A stretch of 64,000 nucleotides of DNA from Octopus vulgaris (lineage: Eukaryota). The notes beneath the pieces are model-generated. The model was given only the letters and a program-made list of their open reading frames with translations, had not been told where the DNA came from and did no database searches. Location of the stretch: contig OX597824.1 of the NCBI GenBank assembly GCA_951406725.2, positions 26,164,001-26,228,000 on the forward strand. Direction: 5' to 3'. The position numbers were made by a program, and so were the translations under genes. Shown one piece after another: positions 12,227 through 24,200 of the stretch. Each line of letters starts with the position of its first letter. Position 1 is the first letter of the stretch.

Positions 12227-15200
12227 GGAGTTTGTGTCTGTATTTGTCCCCCAAGCATTGCTGACAACCGATGCTGGTGTGTTTACGTCCCCGTCACTAA
12301 GCGGTTCGGCAAAAGAGACCAATAGAATAAGTACTGGGCTTACAAAGAATAAATCCCGGGGTCGATCTGATCGACTAAAGGCAGTGCTCTAGCATGGCCG
12401 CAGTCAAATGACTGAAACAAGTAAAAGAGTTCCTTGGTTTTGTGTTTATGTTTTCGTTTCTCATTGTGTTCAACGTTTTTTTGGTGTCCTGTACCCATAT
12501 ATGCGTGTATATATACATGTAGAGGTAGGTATGTACATATATGTATGTATATATGCATATGTTTTATTTATTAATTTATTTTATATATATACACACGAGG
12601 GGGTGCTGAAAAGTTCCTGGCTTTGGGTAAAAGAAAGTACAGGAGGATCAGTTATGATTTTATTTAACATATTCCCCTCTCAGATTCACACCCTTATTGA
12701 AGTGGGCCTTTAGTTTTTCTAAGCCCTGTAAAAACAAACAAACAAACAAACCAAATCTCAGAACGTTGGACCTCCAGCTAGGCACCCTTAAAGCCAGGAA
12801 CTTTCAGCACCTCCTCATAGATATACACCTGGTATATTATGCATAAATACACAAACACGGGTACTTCATGCATAAATGCAAAAACTGGTACATAATACAT
12901 ACACCAACTATGACAAATAAAGGTTTTATGATGCTGCTGTTGAATTTGTTTAATTGCAGGTCAACAACACAACATTCCTGGTGTCTTTTATATTTCATTT
13001 TCAGACATAGAATATCTAAGACCACATTATCAAATATACCCTTTCTTAAAGAAACTGGATAAGACATCTGCCTTCTATTTCCAGGAGATTGATTGACTGT
13101 GTAAAAGCTCTCTAGTGAACTGAAGGGGTATGTGATCTTTAGTAAACAAAATTTATTTCAAAGAAAACGTAAATTGTGACGTACATTTGCCATTTAAATA
13201 TGGCTAACCCCTAAGAGTGGATGCTACTGTAGTTTGTAGCCCCAGGAGGACACCTCCTCCAGCTGGCTATAGTCACACTTTCTGTGCCCTATGAGTGTTT
13301 GCAAAGGGAAGTCATCCCTCCCGTCTTCAACTTAGGATACACACGGACTCGAGTTTCTGGGTATTGGACCCGTCATCGGCGTGTGACAATCACAGCTGTC
13401 GATGAGAAGTAGGTTCCCTTCACAAATACTTAGCCTTTTTCCAGTATCGATAGACACTGATATCGAAAAAGTGTAAACAAGCAATAATAAATCTCAGAGC
13501 GAGTTATAAACAGTAGCTACAGCACATCGTGATGTATATTTGCCATTTAAATATGGCTAACCCCTAAGGGATAGGGCACAGAAAGTGTGTCTATGACCAG
13601 CTGGAGGAGGTGTCCTCCTGGGGCTACAAACTACAGTAGCATCCACCCTTAGGGGTTAGCCATATTTAAATGGCAAATGTACGTCACAAAATGTAAATTG
13701 ATTTGCTAATACTAGCGAAGAACAAGATTGGATGGCAAGGAATGGCTGGTGTAAAGCAAAAACCTGCTGGTGAAGATGGACATGGAAAAAAAAAAAAGGT
13801 TATGGTGAAGCACAATCTTCACAGAGGCAATGACAAGTGACCGAGATCTTTGGAGATAAGTCGTGCTTGAGAAGACCCGTCAAAGCTAAGTGAGATCATA
13901 GTCACATCTGATGCTAGTGTCATGTAACTGACCCCTTAAAAGCACCCTTCAATCGTTGGGTGATATGCTGTGCATGTGAAGACCTGTTAAACCAAGTGAA
14001 ATCATAGTTGTGGCCGATGCCAGTGCCGTGTGACTGGCACCTGTGCTGGTGGCGCATAAAAAGCACCGTTCAAGTGTTGGACCTTATGGAGGCAGGGAAA
14101 GGTAACCAAGACCTTTGGCAATATACCATGCTTGTGTAGACCTGCTAAGCCAAGTGAGACCGTAAACGCGGCTGAAGCCAGTGTCAGTTCAATGGCACCC
14201 ATGCTACGTAAAAAAACACCCACTACACTCTGGGAGTGGTTGGCATTAGGAAGGGCATCCAGCCGTAGAAACCTAGCCAAATCAGACTGGAAGCTAGTGC
14301 AAACCTCCATCCTTATCAGTTTTCAGTCAAACTGACCGACCCATGCCAGCTGGGAAAGCAGATGCTAAATGATGATGATTGTTTGGTTGCTTATTATGAA
14401 GAGATATACCTACATCACAGCCAGTAAATCGGCAAGGTGCACTGATGGGGATTTCTGAATCATAACCAGCAGTGATGTTACCAAAATACTGCTCAGATAG
14501 CTTGACCAGATTGTCATGGTTCACACCTGTAAGATAAACAGAAACATTAATATAACAACTGGAACACACACACACACACATATATATAGTTAATCCAAAC
14601 AAGAAAGCACAAAAAAAACACAACAACGCGAGGACGTGGAACAAATATAGTATTATTGGACACTCAGGAAAGAAGGAGGGTTTAACGTTTCGAGTGGAGC
14701 TCTTCGTCGGAAACATAGGAGAAGGGAAGACAGAGGAAAAAAAATCGCCAACGGTACACACGAGGTCACGCCCACAGGGGGGCTAAACACAGAAGGGACA
14801 AACAAGGACAGACAAAGGGCTTAAGTCGGTTACATTGACCCCAGTGCGTAACTGGTACTTAATTTATTGACCCTGAAAGGATGAAAGGCAAAGTCGACCT
14901 CGGTGGAATTTTAACTCAGAACGTAACGGCAGATGAAAAAAAATATATATATATATATAGTCAACAGATGAGATCCAGAAGAGACGCCCATTACAGAAAA
15001 CAATAGCGTTCAAATGGTTAGTACTTACACCTCCAAAATCTTTACCAAGGACCAAATCTGCAGAGTATACAGTGGCTATAAGAGGAATCCAGGTGAGTAG
15101 GATGGAATTCGTTGAGGTAGATTTTGTACAGCAGCATGTCTTTCTTGTCACCAACCCTCACCTATTTCAATTGGGTGATATGCTGTGATTGCGAATACCT

Positions 15201-18200
15201 GTTGAACTGAATGAATCATAGTTGTGGCCGATGCCAGTGCCGTCTGACTGGCACCATTCAAGCGTTGGCCCTTATGGAAGCAGTGACAGGTAACCAAGAC
15301 CTTTGGTGATATACCATACTTGTGTAGACCTGATAACCCTTTAGCATTCAAACCGGCCATATCCGGCCAAAAGTATTCTGCCTGTTTTATGTTCAAACTG
15401 GCTAGATCTGATCTCTCACACCAACCCCACAATATCGTTTTAAAAATTAACAGCTACCTCATCAAAATTTCATAACTACAAGATGATGCATGATTAGTTC
15501 AATACAATGAGGATGTAAAAGCATTAATTTTGGTAGAATAGTGCAAACACTAAAGGGTTAAACCAAGTGATACCGTAATCATGGCCGAGGCCGGTGTTAA
15601 ACCTATGCTGCGTAAAAAACACCCACCACGATCTCACTTGGCTTTGACGGGTCTGCTCAAAGACATGATTTTCACATTTGAGTGGAAGCGAAGGACATCA
15701 CAGTTACATTCATGTACAAATATCACATGATGTCAAGACAAGGAGACACACACACTATATATATTAGGTGCAGACATGGTTATGCGATTAAGAAGTTTGG
15801 TTCTCAAGTTTCTGTCTGCCAAATCCACGCACAAAGCTTTAGTAAAGCCTGGGGTTATACTAGAAGGTATCTCACCAAGGTGCAACGGAGTGAGACTGAA
15901 CACGAAACCACATGCTGTGGAAGCAAAACCTGGAATCTTAAGGGTCTTAAGGCTAACTCAGCAAAGACTATGGTCTTAGTAAGCAAGTAAACAGATAGGT
16001 CCTTATCCACTTCAGGTAAGTGACCCTGTCTGATTTGTAGGGAAGGTATGGACACACAAAAAGTCCAGTGGAATAATAGCAAAGTTATCAGAGAAAGTAG
16101 TGTTCGTATGTGGAAGATGCACAGGAGCCATAAAAACTAAAGATACTCAGGGAATTAATTTTCTCAAATGGCCTGGAGACTCTTTAGAGGTAGTAGATAA
16201 TTCCTGCTACTTAGGGGACCAAATTAGTTGTGGGGGAGGATGTGCGGAGAGTGTAATAGCTAGAATAAGAATACGTTGCAGAAAATTCAGAGATTTTTTA
16301 TCTTTACTGGCAACTAAAGATTTCTCTCTCCAAGTGAAAGGAAGATTGTATGATGCATGTATACAAACAGAAATTCTACATGGTTCAGTTTCATTGTACA
16401 ACAACTTAGATAAGTATCTTTTACTTTGGACCTGGGTTGACCAAAGCCTTGTGAGTGGATTTGGTAGAAAGATGCCTGTCATGTATGCATGTTTGCGTGT
16501 GTGTTTGTGTTTACTCTTATCTAGATATCATGTGACTGTTGAAATTGAGCATTATATCAACATAGGTGCAGGAGTGGCTGTGTGGTAAGTAGCTTACTTA
16601 CCAACCACATGGTTTCGGGTTCAGTCCCACTGCGTGGCACCTTGGCCAAGTGTCTTCTACTATAGCCTCGGGCCGACCAAAGCCTTGTGAGTGGATTTCG
16701 TAGATGGAAACTGAAAGAAGCCCGTTGTATATATGTGTGTGTGCGTGTATGTTTGTGTGTCTGTGTTTGTCCCCCTAGCATTGGTTGACAACTGATGCTG
16801 GTGTGTTTATGTCCCCGTCACTTAGCGGTTCGGCAAAAGAGACCAATAGAATAAGTACTGGGCTTACAAAGAATAAGTCCCGGGGTCGGGTTGCTCGATT
16901 AAAGGCGGTGCTCCAGCATGGCCGCAGTCAAATGACTGAAACAAGTAAAAGAGTAAGAGTATACAAGGAAGGGTGTTCTTTTCTAATCTTCTGTGAAAAA
17001 CATGTCAAGCAATGAAGAAACATTACTTTGCTTGGAAACAGGTGAGGGTTAGCAACACGAAGGGCATCTGGCCATAGAAAATCTGCCACAACAAATTCCG
17101 TTTGACCCATGCAAGCATGGAAAAGTGGATACGAAATAATGACGATGATGTATACCTATTTCTTTATTACTCACAAGGGGCTAAACACAGAGAGGACAAA
17201 CGGATTAAGTCATTTATATCGACACCAGTGCGTGACTGGTACTTATTTAATCAACCCCGAAAGGATGAACGGCAAAGTTGACCTCAGCGGAATTTGAACT
17301 CAGAACATAGCGGTAGACGAAATACCACTAAGCATTTTACCTGGCATGCTAACGTTTCTGCCAGCTCGCCGCCTTATGATGTATATCGTCTTACAGTCGC
17401 GAGTGTCTCTACACCATATCACAACCCGCACCACCTCAGAAGACGCTGCTAAATTAATGAATTAAATATGCCAGTGTCCCAGTTATATGTAATAACTGCA
17501 GTCAGTTAAAAAAACAAGAACAGCCAAGAAGAAAAGTGTTACTTACCACCAGCAGCGGCCAGGACAATACGTGGACCCTTGTAATGAGTGGAAATATATT
17601 CTTTGAGGTCATTGCGGTTAATAGTCCTTCAGAAAATGAAAAGAAATTAAAAGAAAATAACCATTAAATCAATTAACAGGATCAAGATTTGAGGTAATGT
17701 ATTCTATGTCACTATCAACCTTTCCCTTGTAAAAATTAATACTTAGGCACTCTAATGAAAAGTATTGAGTGATCCTGAAGCTTAATGTAAATTGTTTTTA
17801 TATATAACCTAACATAAAAACAAACATTTAAATTGGATGCGTAATGTAAGTGTACATGTTTGGCAGAATGCCAGTGTTCTGAGAGAGGAGTTAGGCATAA
17901 GGGGAATTTGTTGCTGTGTGCAAGAGAGGGGACTGTGCTGGTTTGGTCACGTAATGCGGATGAATGCTAACAGCTCCATAAAGAAGTGCCAATCTCTGAA
18001 AGTGGATGGAACATGTGGAAGAGAGAGACCCAGGAAGAAATGGGATTAAGTAGTGAAGAATGGTCTCAGGAAGCTGAACCTTTCAGGCAAGATGACGAAG
18101 GACTGAGACACCTGGCTGTACTCAAGAAGACCTGTAGCCTGCAGCAAAAGTGTTTAGACCGAACCTTCTGGTTGTGTAAAGCACCCATGGTGGTGCCTCG

Positions 18201-21200
18201 TAAAAGTGCCTGTGTGGCAACATGTAAAAGCATCTGTACAGTGCCATGTGAAAGCACCTGTGTAGTACCATGTAAAAGCATCCAGCACACACTGTAATGT
18301 GATTGGTGTTATGAGGCGAATCCAGCCGTGGAAACCATGCCAATCAGACTGGAGTTTGGTGAAGCCCCCAGCTTGCCAACTTTCGTCACACTGTCTAGCC
18401 CATGCTAGCATGGCCAACATATGTTAAGAGATGATGATATATATATATAAATTTTTATACTTTGCATAGGCATTGTGATGCTAATCACCTGGACCCAGAT
18501 ATATCTGTGAAATGAAGCATCAGTTAAGTATAAAGTGGTAATAAGAAATTGAAATTTCAAAGGAATAAACAAGGATGACAATGCAAATATTGAGATTGTA
18601 TCAAGTATTTTTTATTAATACTTTTAAACACACACACATGAATGTAGCACAGTCTTTCTGATGACAATGTGTCAAGGTACACAGGGCAAGATGGTTGTCA
18701 AGGTATGTTGGTGTGTAATCTTAGACAAAAGCTGTGTCAGTTAACATTAAACTGCTGCCAATGGTGGGGGTGGTCGTGGTGGTAGATGGATTTCAATCCC
18801 CATCAGATAAGCTGTTAAAACTAATCTATCTCAAATAAGCTACGAAACATAGATAAATAGAAATATCAGCTTGCTTACTTAATATTCTCAGTGGGTCCTA
18901 AGATTGTACGGCCAAGAGGTGTACCTTGGTAAGCTATTGAATGAAGATGGTCAAATATAACTTCTTGGAGATTAGTCTCAACTTCCTAAAACACAAGCAA
19001 AAACAAACAGGAATTAAATCACTTCATGCTTTGTAGGTGAATCGGCATGAGGTACCATGATAAAGCAGCTATAAACCTTAACTGGGAAAATACAAAATTG
19101 GAATAGAATTAGAGAAGTGTTTATAAAATTAGATGGGGAAACAAGATGGTAGGGTTGAATGTGTCAGAGAGAAGGGAAGAGAAATAAATAATATCACCTC
19201 CATCTTCTTCCCTCTTTTCCCCTCTACAGTAGTGTTTCTCAATCGGGGTTCCCTGGAAACCTAGGTTTCTGCAAAAGGTTCCTAGGGGTTCCGCGAGAAG
19301 CGAATAAGATAAGATAATGCTAATTTCACGATCGTAATATCACCATACATGCACAACATACTATTGGTTATTGTAATATAGACATCATCCTATCTAACCT
19401 ATTATGTTATCAAAAAAATATAACAACCATTGGGGATATATTTAGTGATGTCTGTAATTTACGGACACCCTATATATATATATTGGGTTGTCCGGAAAGT
19501 TTGTGTCGATTTATAGTAGTTTACCTTTCGACTTACCCTCCCAGGCACCTCAATTCTGGGAGGAGGGTATTTTCCAGTTAAAGAAAAGATGGAGATGCAT
19601 TGTGCAACAAAATGGTTCATATTTGGTTGATTAAAATGGCAAGTATTTATTGACCTTTTTCTTTCCTTTAAAAATCGGCACAAACTTTCCGGATAAGCCA
19701 ATATATTTATATATATTTACCATGCGAACTTCAATGAAAAAAAATGAGAAAGATATAGTATATATTTTTTTTGTGCAGGGGTTCCTTGAGATATGTAATT
19801 TATTTTAAGGGTTACGCAAGGGTAAAAAGGTTGAGAAACACTACTCTTCAGCAATGCACCAGTTTTTACCCCTCTATCACAATCTTACCTCTCAGCTCCT
19901 GGCATAAACCACTTCCTCTCGCTATTATTCCCAATCAAGGTATCTTGCCTTGTGAGCTACTTGGTAACTTCACAAGAGCTAGAGACATGAAAAAGCACCC
20001 AGTACACTGTATGTGAAGTGCTTGGCATTAGGCAGGGCATCCAGTTAAACTGTTCAACATACAGACGCCAAATGATGACGAAAAAGAGGACAGAAATTTC
20101 AAAGGGATATAGAGAAAGAGAGATGAGGTAATTTGCAGAATGACCAAAGACACACTGACCTGCATTTCCCGAAGGATGACTCCACGCTCACGTTCAATTT
20201 CCTGCTCACCTAGAGTGCTGTTTTGTATGATATCCGAAAGAATGTCAAGAGCTGTAATCAGAAACAACCAAAGTCCATGTAAGAGCAAGAAAACACTGGG
20301 GTTGCTGAAGTGTATGGATGAAGGTGATATTAGGGTAAGTGGAAGAAGAGATCTTAGTACCAGGCTGAGTAGGTTACAATGGAGATATCAGAGCCTTGAA
20401 GCAGTCATTTCAGCTGCTAGAAATAGCAGTGAAATCTCCCTTAATCCTCACCACACTATCTAAATAATGGAGGACTATGCTGAATAATTTAATCCTTGAG
20501 CAGGCATAGCTGTGTGGTCAAGAAGCTTGCTTCCTAACCATGTAGTCTTCAGTGCATTCCCACTGTGTGGCACTTCAGGTTAGTGTCTTCTACTAGAACC
20601 CCAGGCTATAGTAGAAAGCCTTGTGAGTAGATTTAGCAGAGATAAACTGAAAGAAGCCTGTCATATATATATATATATATGTGGCTCAGTGGTTAGAGCG
20701 TTGAGCTTACGATCGTGAGGTTGTGAGTTCGAATCCTGGACCAGGCTGCATGTTGTATTCTTGAGTAAGACACTTTATTTCACGTTGTTCCAGATCACTC
20801 AGCTGTAGAAAGGAGTTGCGATGTCACAGGTGCCAAGCTGTATCGGCCCCTTTGCCTTTCCCTTGGATAACACTGGTGGCGTGGAGAGGGGAGGCCGGTA
20901 TGCATGGATGACTGATGGTCTTCCATAAACAACCTTGCCAGAACATGTGCCTGGGAGGGTAACTTTCTAGGTGCAAGCCCGTGGTCAGTCATGACCGAAG
21001 GGGGTTCTCAGCATGTGTGTATGTATATATATATATATATCAATTTCAACTGGTACTTATTTTACAGACCCTAAAAGGATGGAAAGCAAAGTCAACCTCA
21101 GTGGAATTTGAACTCAGAATGTAAAAAAGATGAAATGCCACTAAGCATTTTGCTAATGGTTTTGCCAACTTGCTGCTGCTAATAATGATGGTTTCAAATT

Positions 21201-24200
21201 TTGGTACAAGGCCAGCAAATTCAAAGAAGGGGATAAGTCGATTACATCAACCCCAGTACTAAACTGGTACTTATTTCATTGACCCCGAAAGGATAAAGGC
21301 AAAGTTAACCTTGGTGGAATCTGAATTCAGAACATAAGGCCAGACCAAATGCCGCTAAGCATTCTAATGATTCTGCCAGCTCACCACCCTAATATTAATA
21401 ATAATAACAAACCTTTCTACTAAAGGCACAAGGCCTGAAATTTGGAGGGAGGGGACTTATTGACCTTGGAAGGATGGAAGGCAAAGTCGACCCTGGCAGA
21501 TTTTGAACCCAGAATATAAAGATGAATGAAATATTGCTAAGCATTTTGCCTGGCATGCTAACGAGTCTGCCAGCTCACTGCCTTAATAATAATAATAATA
21601 ATAATAATAATAGTAATAATAATAAGTGGGGAAGCATCATAGCCATGTGTTGAGAAGAATTCTTTGGCATTTGAATAATTCACCTCTGGAAACATGGGTG
21701 TTTCATTCAACAACCTTGAACTACTCTTATTCAGGGACCTTTTGAGCGGGATGGGGTACTCAACCTGAAGAGAATTTTAACTGGGCCCTACCTGCGAGGT
21801 CATGCGCTGCTTATCTTGATGTAAGGCCACCATGTTGCGCACATATGGTTGTGATGCACGTGCCTGGTGTACCCTCATCGGACGGGTAGTCATGATGAGT
21901 ATACCGGGCTTTGTATAGTTTACCCCAGTGTTACTTTGATGGTACGCACTGCTCTCTCACTCAATAATAATAATAATAATAATAATAACCTTGTGGTAAA
22001 TCTTTACTGAAGCACTTGGCATAATAGACTGTCTGTTCACGAGAAGTGTAGGCATTCAGATGGGCACCCATGTTTTCAACTTCAAGCTCCAGGCTAGTTT
22101 GGGAACGTTTTGATGTTCCTTTGAATATCATATGCTCCAAGAAATGTGCCACACCGTTATTGCTGTCATTTTCGAACCTGCTGCCAGCATCGATCCACAA
22201 GCCAACCTTGAGAAGAAAACAAACAAGAATAGTACATTATAAGAGACGCATACACAAGTACAAAAGAAGAATAATAAAAAAAATTGTTACAACAGTCAGA
22301 TACATAACTTAAAAACAAACAATAACAATGGCACGGATTATTATAATGGATATCATTAACATCATTTGAATGTCCACTTTTTTGTGATTGCATGGGCTGG
22401 ATGGAATTTGATGAGATGCATTTTCTATGGCAGGATGCCCTTCCTATCACCAACCCTTGCTTTTTCCAAGGTAATATTTCCCCATGATCAAACAAATTTT
22501 CATGGAAGATTGGAAATAAAGGGCAATACTTGCATAATGGTGGCACACATTTACGACTCTCAGGCAATATCAAGGCAAGAAGACACTAAAACACACACAC
22601 ACACATGCACCATCCGAGCGTGATCGTTGTATCAGAGCTGGTGGCACGTAAAAAGCGCCATTCGAGCGTGATTGTTGCCAGCGTTGCCCGACTGGCACGT
22701 GAAAAAAACCCCACTTGAGTGAGGTTGTTGCCAGTGCCACTGGACTGGCCCTCGTGCCGGTGGTACATAAAAGCACCTACTACATTCTCGGAGTGGTTGG
22801 CATTAGGAAGGGCATCCAGCTGTAGAAACTCTGCCAGATCAAGATTGGAGTCTGGTGCAGCTATTCGGTTCGCCAGTCCTCAGTCAAATCGTCCAACCCA
22901 TCCATGCTAGCATGGAAAGCGGACGTTAAACGATGATGATGACATACATGATAAGTGCCTTTCAGCGTTCATCTACCAAATATACGCACAAGGCATTGGT
23001 TGGACCAAGGCTGTAGTAGAAGACATTTGTACAAGCCAAAGAGAAAAAAACATTAATAATAGCATGGCTCATTACAACACACATACACACATATATATCT
23101 ATATACTACAAAAACTGTGACTGCTTGCTTCCATGTGTGCGTGCTTGTCTGTAATTCAATACAGCCAAACTGGCGCAAAATGGAAAAATACTCTGAAAGT
23201 AAGGTAGCCCTGAAATGTGAATACAAATGGAATAAAACAAGTTTCAAGTTAAATCGGACTATGGATTTCCGAGATATGTGATTTTTTTGGGGGTACCTTC
23301 ATAAATAGTCAAAATGGCGCATAATGGGAAAATACTTTGAAAGTAACATAACTCTGAAATAGGGATATATAATACTGCGAAGATTTTTTTAAAATTAATT
23401 TTATGTTTATGTTATATAACAATTTCTTTTGCATTTTTGTAGAAGTGTGCACATAAGCCATAAATAAATGCTGTTACTGGAGTTCAAGTTCATCCCGGAC
23501 ATTCTATTTCTATGATGAGTCTACGATGAGTCTACAATTTAAAAAAAAATTTACCATAATTTTTTCCCATTTTAATGCATTTTTTTCGCTATTATATAAG
23601 GGAAGTAAGTCTCTAAAAATGTCAACGATTTAAAAAAAAAATTTACCATCGTTTTTTCCCCATTTTTAATCCATTTTTTTGGCTATAACTCTCTAAAAAT
23701 GCTTATATAGTTATTTCCCTTACAAACCCGAGCAACGCCGGGCGATACTGCTAGTAATTGATAAAACCTTAAACATGAACTTCGAAACCAGACCTATGAT
23801 GACATGAACGAATTGAAATATTTAACTGAATTATCATAAAATTAAATTTCAATGCAATGTTGCAATCAGCTTCAATATTTTATGATCTGAGCCGTCAGTG
23901 ACCCAATGGGTCACAGGTAGTCTAGTATATATATATAAAACATTAATGAACTTTTTTAAAGTGAGATCTTTCATTCACATCACTGTTCAAATAACTGTTG
24001 ATTTGTTTAGAGAAAATAAAGTAAACTTGGGTCAGAATCCCCACTCCTACTCTGATACATTTATCTCTCCTCCTACTACCTTTACAACATCTTGCATATA
24101 TTGTGCATTAAATACTTAACACAACCCTTCCTCTTAAAAAAATATACATATTTCTTCATTGCCCACAAGGGGCTAAACATAGAGGGGACAAAATGGACAG

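Noticed and set aside
20681-20745. tRNA-like sequences (also 5581, 29496, 40900-40975)
   Set aside because: They have A/B boxes but no proper acceptor stem and continue into SINE bodies, so they are SINE heads and not tRNA genes.
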